A stretch of 64,000 bases of DNA from Gammaproteobacteria bacterium (GTDB taxonomy: Bacteria > Pseudomonadota > Gammaproteobacteria > Steroidobacterales > Foliamicaceae). The notes under the pieces were generated by a model that saw nothing but the letters and a program-made list of their open reading frames with translations, did no database searches and was not told the DNA's origin. Position numbers and translations under genes: made by a program. Shown here one piece after another: positions 29,060-37,306 of this stretch; positions within the stretch are counted from its first letter, which is position 1, and every line of letters starts with the position of its first letter. The stretch spans positions 24,435 to 88,434 of the forward strand of contig VYBN01000003.1 of NCBI GenBank assembly GCA_009844425.1, written 5' to 3'.

Positions 29060-29952
29060 GACAGCCGCCTGATCGAGTTGAGCGCCTGAATGCGGTCATC
29101 CAGAGGCGGGTGCGACATGAACAGCTGCCGGATGCCTGAGCGCGCCGCGGGCGAAATGCCGAACGCTGCCATTGATTCCGGCATCGTGCGGTCCTTGCCG
29201 TAACTGTGCTTGAGCGCCTGCAATGCGCTGATCATGGCGCCGCGCCCGGCCAGCCGCGCTCCGGCCGCATCGGCCCTGAACTCCCGGCGGCGCGAATACC
29301 ACATCAGAATCACGCTCGCCAGAATGCCGAAAACGATTTGCGCCGCAATCGTGGCCGCAAAATAACCCAGTCCGAAACCGCGTTCGTTTCGCAGCAGCAC
29401 ACGGTCCACAAAATGGCCGACGATCCGGGACAGGAAAATCACGAAGGTGTTGAGAACGCCTTGCAAAAGAGCCATCGTGACCATGTCGCCGTTGGCCACA
29501 TGACCGATCTCATGCGCCAGCACGGCGCGCACCTGCTCGCGGTTCATGCCGCGCATCAATCCTTCGCTAACCGCAACCAGCGACTTGTTGCGGCTGGCGC
29601 CGGTGGCGAAGGCGTTCGGCTCCGGCGAGGGAAAGATCGCCACTTCGGGAGTCCGTATTCCGGCCTGCGCCGCCAATTGCGCTGTAGTGTTCAAAAGCCA
29701 GCTCTCGTCGCTGTTTTGCGCTCGTTCGATCACCCGCGCGCGGGTCATGCGCTTGGCAATCCACTTGCTGATCAACAGCGATACGAACGCGCCACCGAAG
29801 CCCAGCACCGCGCTGAAAACCAGAAGCGACTCGTAATTGAGGCCGCCTCGCTCATTGAGCATCTGGTCCAGCCCAAGAAGGCGCAGCACCACCGCGGCCA
29901 CAAAAAGCACGGCCACGTTGATCAGAATGAATAGCGCGATGCGAGTGAACAT
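29056..29952 (-). CDS. htpX: zinc metalloprotease HtpX
   Basis: ATG at 29952. [10 protein letters not shown] (HExxH), TM segments and a C-terminal SHPPLDDRI. Confidence 0.9.
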   Translation of the reverse strand: MFTRIALFILINVAVLFVAAVVLRLLGLDQMLNERGGLNYESLLVFSAVLGFGGAFVSLLISKWIAKRMTRARVIERAQNSDESWLLNTTAQLAAQAGIRTPEVAIFPSPEPNAFATGASRNKSLVAVSEGLMRGMNREQVRAVLAHEIGHVANGDMVTMALLQGVLNTFVIFLSRIVGHFVDRVLLRNERGFGLGYFAATIAAQIVFGILASVILMWYSRRREFRADAAGARLAGRGAMISALQALKHSYGKDRTMPESMAAFGISPAARSGIRQLFMSHPPLDDRIQALNSIRRLS

Positions 29953-30070
29953 GCGGGTACTCCGGTGCGTCGGTTCGGAACAGCAAGTATATGGGGACGG
30001 CCCCGCCGGTTTTACAGCTTCGGCCGATGCTTGCGGCGCCTCGCGCTCGCCGCCTACACTTGCCGGTCTG

Positions 30071-31645
30071 ATGTCGGATTTTGACGTGATCGTGATCGGC
30101 GGCGGGGTCAACGGCCTTGCCTGCGCGGCGACCCTGACGCGCGAGGGATTGAGCTGCTGCGTGCTTGAGCGCAACAGCTACGTGGGCGGCGGCGCGGTAA
30201 CGCGCGAAGTGACGCTGCCGGGATTCCGGCACGACCTGTACGGCTCCTCGCACGTATGGATTCACTGCAACGCCGACTTCAAGGCGATTCAGCCGGAACT
30301 CGAGCGGTTCGGGCTGAAATACATCGAGCCGGCAGATCACATCACCGGCCATCCGGACCAGGGTGGCGGGCCCGGCATCGTGGTTTACAAGAGCGTGGAG
30401 CGCACCTGCGAGTCCATCGCCGCGTATTCGTCCGCGGACGCGCGCCGCTACGCCGCGATCTGCGATGACTTCGAGCAGATTCGCGAGGGCTTCATCAAGG
30501 CCTTCTTCTCGCCCCCGACGCCGCCGAGTACGCTGCCACGCGCGCTGGAGCGGAGCGTGGACGGCCTGCAGCGCCTTCGCGAGTTTTCCATGTCGGCGCG
30601 CGCCTGGGTGGAGGCCAATTTCGAGAACGATTTCGTGCAGGCGATGATGCTGAACTGGGCGCTGGCGCCGCAGATACTCCCGGACCAGGAGGGCGCCGGG
30701 CAGTCCTTCTACATCATGATTCCTGCAATTCACCACTACGGCCAGGCGATCCCCGAAGGCGGGAGCCAGCAACTGCCCAGGGCGATGGCGGCCTTCCTGG
30801 AAGGCAACGGCAGCCGCGTCATGACTTCTTCCCCGGTCGAGCAGATCGTCGTGGAACAGGGCCGGGCCTGCGGCGCGCGTCTTCAGTCCGGCGAGACGTT
30901 GCGTGCGGGCCGGGCGGTCGTGTCCGCGCTGGAGCCGCGCCAGACTTTCCTGCGCCTGCTCGACGACGATTTGCTCGACGACGGTTTCCTGGAAATGGTG
31001 CGCGGCTATTCCTTCGGCAGGATCACGGTCTGCCGGGTGCACCTGGCGCTGAAGGAACCGCCGCGCTTCGTCAACGGCGAGAGCATGAGCCGCTGCGCCT
31101 TCCACCGCATGACCGACAGCATGCCGCAGCTATTGAAGTTCTACGGCGAAATGGCCATGGGCCTGCCGCCGTCGGACCCGTTCCTGTGGTCGGCTTGCTG
31201 GACGCTGCTCGATCCGACCCGGGCGCCCGACGGCGGGCATACCCTGATATTTGATACCTTCGTTTCCAATTGGCTGGCCAACGGGCGCACGTGGAGCGAA
31301 ATCGGCGAAAACTATGCGCGCGACGTGCTGCTGCCCAAGCTGCGCCAGTACGCACCCAACATCGCCGGGGACAACATTCTCGGACAGCATGTGGAAACCG
31401 GCGAAAGCCTGGAAAGCGCCAATCCGTCGTTCGTCGAAGGAACCACCAACGGCGGCGAACGGATCGCTTCGCAGCTCGGCTATTTCCGGCCGTTTCCGGG
31501 CTATGCGCACTACCGTTCGCCGGTGCGGGGCCTGTACATGACCGGGCCGCACTGTCATCCCGGCGGCGGGATCTCTGCCATGGGCACGATCACCGCGCGC
31601 GTCATGCTGGACGACTTCGGCATCCGCGAGGCGGACTTCTGGTAA
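30071..31645 (+). CDS. FAD-dependent oxidoreductase of the phytoene-desaturase (CrtI) family
   Basis: ATG at 30071. FDVIVIGGGVNGLACA is a dinucleotide-binding motif. About 524 aa with a C-terminal GPHCHPGGGISAMG. Confidence 0.8.
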   Translation: MSDFDVIVIGGGVNGLACAATLTREGLSCCVLERNSYVGGGAVTREVTLPGFRHDLYGSSHVWIHCNADFKAIQPELERFGLKYIEPADHITGHPDQGGGPGIVVYKSVERTCESIAAYSSADARRYAAICDDFEQIREGFIKAFFSPPTPPSTLPRALERSVDGLQRLREFSMSARAWVEANFENDFVQAMMLNWALAPQILPDQEGAGQSFYIMIPAIHHYGQAIPEGGSQQLPRAMAAFLEGNGSRVMTSSPVEQIVVEQGRACGARLQSGETLRAGRAVVSALEPRQTFLRLLDDDLLDDGFLEMVRGYSFGRITVCRVHLALKEPPRFVNGESMSRCAFHRMTDSMPQLLKFYGEMAMGLPPSDPFLWSACWTLLDPTRAPDGGHTLIFDTFVSNWLANGRTWSEIGENYARDVLLPKLRQYAPNIAGDNILGQHVETGESLESANPSFVEGTTNGGERIASQLGYFRPFPGYAHYRSPVRGLYMTGPHCHPGGGISAMGTITARVMLDDFGIREADFW

Positions 31646-31653
31646 TGCGACTA

Positions 31654-31763
31654 GCTGCCCGTCGTGTATGGCCATTCCGGGAGTGTGTGAGCCAGGGATG
31701 GCGGAACCAAGCTCCATGGATGGATTCATGCGTCTCCCGGAATGGCCATACACGACGGGCAGC
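31654..31763. repeat. A-family long hairpin (30-bp perfect stem, 50-nt conserved core)
   Basis: Arms 31654-31683 and 31734-31763 are perfectly complementary. The core TGTGTGAGCCAGGGATGGCGGAACCAAGCTCCATGGATGGATTCATGCGT matches the core at 48855-48904 at 48 of 50 positions by hand alignment. Confidence 0.9.
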
Positions 31764-31780
31764 GACATTGGAGGAATGAG

Positions 31781-32932
31781 ATGAGCAGAATCGAGAAATA
31801 CACGGGCATGGTGATACAGCCGCACGTTGTCGTCGCCGAGGACCGCGGCGACATCGAGCGCAACCTGGACCGGGTGCTGAACATGATCGACTTCGGCGTC
31901 GGTTATTTCTGGGAGTTGCCGGTGAAGCTGGTGGTGCTTCCCGAGTATTTCCTGCAGGGCGTGACCACGCCGGGCAAGGGCGAGCACGGCATCGAGGGCT
32001 TCATGAAAAAGGCGATCACCTTCGACGGACCAGAGATGCGCGCGCTCGGCGACAAGGCGCGCGAGTACGGTCTTTACATCTCCGGCGGGGGAGTGGTGGA
32101 GCAGGTTCCGGAGTTTCCCGACCGCTGGTTCAACGCCGCCTTCGTGATCGGGCCTTCCGGCGAGGTTGTCCTTCGCTATCACAAGTGGCACATCCCGGCC
32201 AATATCGGCCTGGGGACCAGCCCGCACGACCTGCTGGACGAATACCGTGAGGTGTTCGGCGCCGACATCAAGGACCTGTTCCCGGTGATCGATACGGAAA
32301 TCGGCAAGCTGGGCACTATGACCTGCCACGACGGCTGCACGCCGGAAGTCTCGCGCGCGCTGGGCTACAACGGCTGCGAAGTGCTCTGCCATCCCACCGC
32401 GCTGCAGGAGATCGAAGGCGTGAGCGAGCCGTGGGACTTCTGGACCTTCACCCGCCGGACGCGCGCGCACGACAACATGTGCTACCTGCTGGGTTCGAAC
32501 TGGGGCACGGTCGATTACGACTACTACCCCAGGGCCTTCTGCCCCGGCGGCTCGTTCATCATCGACTACACCGGCATGATGCTGCGCCACGCCAACTACC
32601 CGTCCGAGCAGGTGATCGGCGCCACCATCGACATCGAGGCGCTGCGCGAACATCGATCGCGTTGCGGCCACAACTGCTGGGTGGACGTGCGCACCGAGGG
32701 CTTCAAACAGATTTACGAAAACCCGATCTACCCGCCCAACCAGTTCCCGCCGGGCAAGCCGCCGCGCACGCTGGCGGACAAGATGGCGCCGCTGGACACC
32801 GTGTTCAAGGACATCTACGGCCGCGGCCAGTTCATGCCGCCCGCCGGCATGACGGTAGAGGACATGCCCAAGCTGCACCGCAAGCGCGTCGGCGCCGCCC
32901 AGGACCGTGGCACGCTGAAGAAGAGCGACTAG
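31781..32932 (+). CDS. carbon-nitrogen hydrolase (nitrilase superfamily, amidase-like)
   Basis: ATG at 31781 after GGAGGA. The catalytic-triad contexts are LPEYF (Glu), YHKWH (Lys) and GTMTCHDG (Cys). Confidence 0.8.
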   Translation: MSRIEKYTGMVIQPHVVVAEDRGDIERNLDRVLNMIDFGVGYFWELPVKLVVLPEYFLQGVTTPGKGEHGIEGFMKKAITFDGPEMRALGDKAREYGLYISGGGVVEQVPEFPDRWFNAAFVIGPSGEVVLRYHKWHIPANIGLGTSPHDLLDEYREVFGADIKDLFPVIDTEIGKLGTMTCHDGCTPEVSRALGYNGCEVLCHPTALQEIEGVSEPWDFWTFTRRTRAHDNMCYLLGSNWGTVDYDYYPRAFCPGGSFIIDYTGMMLRHANYPSEQVIGATIDIEALREHRSRCGHNCWVDVRTEGFKQIYENPIYPPNQFPPGKPPRTLADKMAPLDTVFKDIYGRGQFMPPAGMTVEDMPKLHRKRVGAAQDRGTLKKSD

Positions 32933-32946
32933 GCGAGGCCAGCGGA

Positions 32947-33294
32947 ATGCGCGTGAAAAGCGACCTGGCCGACCTCGATATCAAGCTCGGGCGCATCAGC
33001 CGCCAGGGCGATGAACTGGTGGTGGACAGCGCGCCGGGAAGCAGCCTGGACGCGCGCATCCGTATTGACGCCTCGGATGCGCGCAGCATGCTGGGAAAGG
33101 TGCTGAAGTCGGGCGCCGTCTGGAGCTTCCTGCTGCGCCTGCCGTTCTCGCGCCCGGCGCGCGCAACGGCAACGGCCCGGGGGCGTGTGCGTCCCGCCCG
33201 CAACGAAGGCGGGGACGCCGACGCTCCCGGTTCCTCCGATAATCCGGCCTGGCGCGAGCGGCGCGAGAGCACCGGGCTCAATAAACCTTGGTAG
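32947..33294 (+). CDS. hypothetical small protein
   Basis: 115-aa ORF starting 15 nt after the hydrolase gene. The N-terminal 60 aa have a protein-like composition; the C-terminal half is Arg/Ala/Pro-rich. The RBS is weak. Confidence 0.35.
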   Translation: MRVKSDLADLDIKLGRISRQGDELVVDSAPGSSLDARIRIDASDARSMLGKVLKSGAVWSFLLRLPFSRPARATATARGRVRPARNEGGDADAPGSSDNPAWRERRESTGLNKPW

Positions 33295-33326
33295 GCTATC
33301 CTCCGTATTGCAAAATACGAGCTAGA

Positions 33327-33432
33327 GGCCTTTCCATCACCCCTCTTGGGGGGAGCGTCGGCGACAGGAGTCGCCGACGAGCTCCATGGATGGGTTCATG
33401 CGTCTCCCCCCAAGAGGGGTGATGGAAAGGCC
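33327..33432. repeat. A-family long hairpin (29-bp perfect stem, partly replaced core)
   Basis: Arms 33327-33355 and 33404-33432 are perfect. The 3' half of the core (AGCTCCATGGATGGGTTCATGCGT) matches the A core. The 5' half is instead a nested hairpin, CGTCGGCGAC-agga-GTCGCCGACG. Confidence 0.85.
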
Positions 33433-33451
33433 GAGGGACTGGGAAATAGCT

Positions 33452-34456
33452 ATGGCGAAAATCACGGGATTCGGCGAAATCATGCTGCGGCTGGCCACGC
33501 CGCGCGGTCAGGTGCTGAACGGCGCCCAATCGCTGGAGGTGGATTTCGGCGGCGCGGAAGCGAACACGATCATCGCGCTCGCGCGCCTGGGCCACGACGC
33601 GCAGTTCGTGACCGGCCTGCCGGACAACGACTGGGGCCGCCGCGCAGCCGCCATGCTGGCTTCCGCCGGCGTGCGGCGCAGTACGAGGTATATCGACGGC
33701 GCGCGCATGGGAACCTACTTTCTGGAAAGCGGCGCCGGCCTGCGTGGCGGCAGGGTGATTTACGACCGCAGGAACTCGGCTTTCGCCGTCTGCGACTGGT
33801 CGGACCTCGATTGGTCACGGCTGCTTGCCGATGCCGACTGGCTGCATCTGAGCGGGATCACGCTGGCGCTTTCGGAATCTGCTGCCGACGCCTGCGAGAG
33901 TGCCGCGAGGGCGGCGCGGGAAGCGGGTTGCCGGGTGTCTTTCGACTGCAATTACCGCGCCGCGCTGTGGGCCGATACCCGTTCCTTCGGGGCGGCCTGC
34001 CGCAGGATCGTCGCGCTGGCCGACCTGGTGTTCTGCGGTTGCCGGGAGATTCGCTGGATCCTCGACCAGCCCCGGCCCGACGATATTTCACCGGACCCGG
34101 CGCACGGCTTCGGCCTGCTCGGAGACGTTGCCCCGCACATGACGGTGCTGGCGGGAACCCTGCACGACAAGGACGAAAGCGGCGCCCCCAAACTCGGCGG
34201 TTTCGCGACCAACGGCGAAGAGTCCGCCAAGCTGGATCCGCATGGCCTGGGCCAGATCGTGGATCCTGTCGGAGGGGGCGACGCCTACGCGGCGGGCGTG
34301 CTGCACGGCCTGGCGGAAGGCTGGCCGGTGGTCAGGGCCGCCGAGTTCGCCCTCGCCGCGGCCGCGCTGAAACACACCATCATGGGCGATCAGCTACGCG
34401 CCACGCCCGCCGAGGTCATGCGCTACGCAGTCAACGGGGGCGCCGTTTCCCGCTAG
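33452..34456 (+). CDS. kdgK: PfkB-family sugar kinase, probably 2-dehydro-3-deoxygluconokinase
   Basis: ATG at 33452; the earlier ATG in the track ORF lies inside the hairpin repeat. N-terminal GFGEIMLRL, and DPVGGGDAYAAG (PfkB signature 2). Confidence 0.75.
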   Translation: MAKITGFGEIMLRLATPRGQVLNGAQSLEVDFGGAEANTIIALARLGHDAQFVTGLPDNDWGRRAAAMLASAGVRRSTRYIDGARMGTYFLESGAGLRGGRVIYDRRNSAFAVCDWSDLDWSRLLADADWLHLSGITLALSESAADACESAARAAREAGCRVSFDCNYRAALWADTRSFGAACRRIVALADLVFCGCREIRWILDQPRPDDISPDPAHGFGLLGDVAPHMTVLAGTLHDKDESGAPKLGGFATNGEESAKLDPHGLGQIVDPVGGGDAYAAGVLHGLAEGWPVVRAAEFALAAAALKHTIMGDQLRATPAEVMRYAVNGGAVSR

Positions 34457-34475
34457 CGCGTTCGCGAAACTTCCG

Positions 34476-35216
34476 CTACCGCAGCGTAACCAGCACTTCG
34501 TTGCGGCGCAGCGGCGGGATCGTCCAGGGCGGGTTGTAGCCCGCTACCCGCCAATCGCCCTCGTGCTCCAGGCCGCGCTCATCCAGCCAGACGGCCAGCT
34601 TCGTGCGATGCTCTTCGGCAATTCTGTCGCGCCATAAGCCGCCAAAACGGGCGCTGGCCACCCGGCGCGGCGCCACGTCGCGAATTTTCACCATTGGGTT
34701 TGTTGGCGTGGGCGCCGTCTCCTTCGTGTAGCCCTCGGGCAGAACGAAAGCCATCGACCAGCTGCGGATATCGTCGCCTGCCAGTGTTGAGCTGCTCGCC
34801 GCGTCCGAATCTTCGGCGGGGCTCAGGAGCACCGGCGCGGTCATGGCGATTTTCTCGCCGCACGGCTGTAGTTCCACCGGCGCGGTCATCTTGATTTTCC
34901 GCTTGCCTTCATTGGCGCCGGAGATATATCGCACCAGCCAACGGAAGCCAACCCGGCTGGCGGAATCGAAATCACGCGGCACCATCGTTTCCGCGACGGC
35001 ATACCCGTCATAGTCGCGAATCTGAAAATCGCCGTCCTCAACAACAACACGAAAGGCCGGCTCTTCCGCCGCCTTTCCCCCAAAGGCGGAACACGCCGCC
35101 ATTGACATCGCCGTCGCAACGCCGATCACTCCGGCCGCAATGGATTTGCGCGGTCTCCCGGCCGCTCGTCGCAATTTGTTTACGGAATAGATTTGATCAG
35201 GGCTTGAAGTTTTCAT
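34476..35216 (-). CDS. SOUL heme-binding-family lipoprotein
   Basis: ATG at 35216 after GAGGA. Lipobox-like AMSMAAC. FRWLVRYISGANEGKRKIKMTAPV is typical of the SOUL/HBP family. Confidence 0.75.
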   Translation of the reverse strand: MKTSSPDQIYSVNKLRRAAGRPRKSIAAGVIGVATAMSMAACSAFGGKAAEEPAFRVVVEDGDFQIRDYDGYAVAETMVPRDFDSASRVGFRWLVRYISGANEGKRKIKMTAPVELQPCGEKIAMTAPVLLSPAEDSDAASSSTLAGDDIRSWSMAFVLPEGYTKETAPTPTNPMVKIRDVAPRRVASARFGGLWRDRIAEEHRTKLAVWLDERGLEHEGDWRVAGYNPPWTIPPLRRNEVLVTLR

Positions 35217-35305
35217 AGTCAAATCCTCAACCTCGCCCCCAATTCCCTACAAGAAATATACGCTTGTTTCCCGCGCCCGGATTCAAGCGGATCAGGTCAT
35301 CTTAT

Positions 35306-35335
35306 TTGTGACCATGGTCGTGACCATAGTATTAT
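35306..35335 (+). promoter_or_regulatory. putative promoter/operator of the Phd-VapC toxin-antitoxin operon
   Basis: TTGTGA, an 18-nt spacer, then TATTAT. GTGACCAT is directly repeated (35308-35315 and 35319-35326). The palindrome ATGGTC-gt-GACCAT spans 35314-35327. Confidence 0.4.
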
Positions 35336-35365
35336 CAGGCCATCCGTCGAAACCAGAACTTGGTT

Positions 35366-35650
35366 ATGGACACAAGCACGACAAAGGTGGCCGGTCAGGC
35401 CAGGACGATCAAGGCGTCCGAGTTCAAGGCGAAGTGCCTCAAGCTGATGGACGAGGTCGCCGAAAGCGGCGAAGAGATCGTAATCACCAAAAACGGCCTG
35501 CCGGTCTCGCGGCTCACGCCATATCGCCGCAAATCGCAGATGACTTTCGGCCGCAATCGGGACAATATTCGAATCTTGGGCGACATCGTCGAGCCCATGC
35601 CCGCTGAATGGTTCGAGGATACTGACCATTCCGGGGAAGCTCTTTTTTGA
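35366..35650 (+). CDS. Phd/YefM-family antitoxin
   Basis: About 94 aa. IKASEFKAKCLKLMDEVAESGEEIVITKNGLPVSRL is the prevent-host-death pattern. Its stop overlaps the toxin start (TTGA). Confidence 0.8.
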   Translation: MDTSTTKVAGQARTIKASEFKAKCLKLMDEVAESGEEIVITKNGLPVSRLTPYRRKSQMTFGRNRDNIRILGDIVEPMPAEWFEDTDHSGEALF

Positions 35651-36045
35651 TAGTCCTCGACACGCACGTACTGCTTTGGTATGAGCGCGGCGACCGAAGG
35701 CTGGGTGCAAAAGCCCGCCGCGAGATAGAAGGCGCGTTTCGGCAGCGCGACGCGGCGGTGTCTTCCATATCGTTCTGGGAAATCGGCATGCGAATCCAGA
35801 AGGGCCGGCTTGAGTTTCTCTTTGACCTGGACGCATGGCGCCGCGAACTTATGGGCCAGGGATTGAACGAGATTCCCGTGGATGGAGCCATCGCCGCGTG
35901 CGCAGGCCTGCTCGCCGAAATGCATGGCGACCCCGCCGACCGTCTGATTGTCGCCACCGCCCTGCAGGGCCATCAACTGCTCACGGCAGACCGCCGCATT
36001 CTGAATTGGCCCCGGAAGCTAAGCCGCATGGACGCCAGCGATTAG
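35647..36045 (+). CDS. vapC: PIN-domain toxin VapC
   Basis: 132 aa with a TTG start. IVLDTHVLLW, ISFWEI and DPADRLIVATA supply the acidic PIN residues. Confidence 0.8.
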   Translation: MIVLDTHVLLWYERGDRRLGAKARREIEGAFRQRDAAVSSISFWEIGMRIQKGRLEFLFDLDAWRRELMGQGLNEIPVDGAIAACAGLLAEMHGDPADRLIVATALQGHQLLTADRRILNWPRKLSRMDASD

Positions 36046-36087
36046 TTCCGCTGCAATGTCCCCAGTACGTGTCCAGGCCAAATCACT

Positions 36088-37059
36088 CTATTGGTCGAGT
36101 TTGGCCAGCCGTTCGATGAAGCGCTTCTTGCGGTGATGCCGGGTTCGCAGGCCCTTCAGGCGATTGAAAAATTCAGCCTGATCGTTGTCCTTTTCGGCCA
36201 GCGCATGCAAATCGAAAATCAGCTGTGCCGCACGGTCGTAGCTCGTATACGTGCGCTTCTCGGCCAAGGCTTCGATTTCCAGCCATGTTTCCGGCTCGCG
36301 CCCGCGAAGCTGATTGAGCCGGGAATTGCGCATTTTTTCGTCGAAGCGCTCCCGCTCCCGCCGCTCTTTTTCTCTCCGTTCGGCTGCCTCAGCGTGACGC
36401 GCCATCCTGATCGCTTCCACCCGCGCCCACAATTCGCCCACAGGCCGAAGTTGGTCAGGCGTTTGTTTTTCCGCGCTTTCCTTGATTAGCCTGATGAGTT
36501 CTGCCGCAACATGCGGGTCGGACTCGGCGACCCGCTGAAGCAGGCGTGTCTTCTCCGCATGCGGGATCGCCTCCAGGGCGGCTTGCATGGCGTTGCCGGA
36601 TCGCGTTTCCGCTGTCGGGATATCAGGCATCTCCGCCGCAGCGCACAAGAGATCACCATCGATTTGAAAGAATTCGGCCAGGGCCTCCAGGCCGCCGGTG
36701 AGCGGGCCAATGCCCGGCAGCGGCTCTGTATTGCTTTCCGCGATGCGTCCGTGTTCCACTTCCCAGAGCCAAAGTACGTATGCGAGCCGCATATCACCGG
36801 ACAACAGATCTCTCCGCAGCGGCGCCAATACGCCCATCCAGCCTTTGCCGTCGTCCCAATCCTCGTAATTCCTCGGCTCAAATTCGCAGAAGATATCGAG
36901 AATGAGGTTGTCCCTCGATTCGATGGCTTCCACAATTTTCGTGCCGCCCAGTACTCTTTCCAGTTCCGCGCGATTCACGAGTCGCTTCGGTAGCCGGATC
37001 ATCAAGTGCCGATAGGTCCCGCCCACCCCCACATACAGGTCGAACCAGCGCTTCATCAT
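36088..37059 (-). CDS. hypothetical protein with a Lys/Arg/Glu-rich coiled-coil C-terminal half (downstream part of a TAG-interrupted reading frame)
   Basis: 323-aa ORF with no family recognised by me. It is in frame with a 47-codon ORF just upstream, separated by one TAG and five sense codons. Confidence 0.7.
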   Translation of the reverse strand: MMKRWFDLYVGVGGTYRHLMIRLPKRLVNRAELERVLGGTKIVEAIESRDNLILDIFCEFEPRNYEDWDDGKGWMGVLAPLRRDLLSGDMRLAYVLWLWEVEHGRIAESNTEPLPGIGPLTGGLEALAEFFQIDGDLLCAAAEMPDIPTAETRSGNAMQAALEAIPHAEKTRLLQRVAESDPHVAAELIRLIKESAEKQTPDQLRPVGELWARVEAIRMARHAEAAERREKERRERERFDEKMRNSRLNQLRGREPETWLEIEALAEKRTYTSYDRAAQLIFDLHALAEKDNDQAEFFNRLKGLRTRHHRKKRFIERLAKLDQ

Positions 37060-37074
37060 CTCGAGAGGTTTGCC

Positions 37075-37218
37075 CTAGAAATAGCCCCAGTCATAGTGAA
37101 CCGAGAAGCCTGCAGAGGTAATGCGCGCCCGCGACGACAACTTGTGCAATGATTTCCTAGCGCTTTCGTCCAGCGGCTGATCTACCGCCTGAAACTCGTA
37201 ATACTCGTATTCATCCAT
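37075..37218 (-). CDS. 47-codon ORF (MDEYEYYEFQAVDQPLDESARKSLHKLSSRARITSAGFSVHYDWGYF), probable N-terminus of the 36088..37059 gene
   Basis: ATG at 37218 and TAG at 37075-37077. The same frame continues GKPLE-MMKRW... into the 323-aa ORF. Too short to appear in the ORF track. Confidence 0.45.
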   Translation of the reverse strand: MDEYEYYEFQAVDQPLDESARKSLHKLSSRARITSAGFSVHYDWGYF

Positions 37219-37306
37219 CTCTAGTTTCGTTCACTTGCGCCACCGAAGACAGTGCTGCTAGATGCAAATCTGGTTTGACGGCAAAAATTGGGGACTGATA
37301 TCGATT

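Noticed and set aside
31742-31780. Upstream ATG starts offered by the ORF track for the nitrilase-family gene (31742) and for kdgK (33386).
   Set aside because: Both ATGs lie inside the hairpin repeats. The downstream ATGs (31781 after GGAGGA, and 33452) give N-termini typical of the families.
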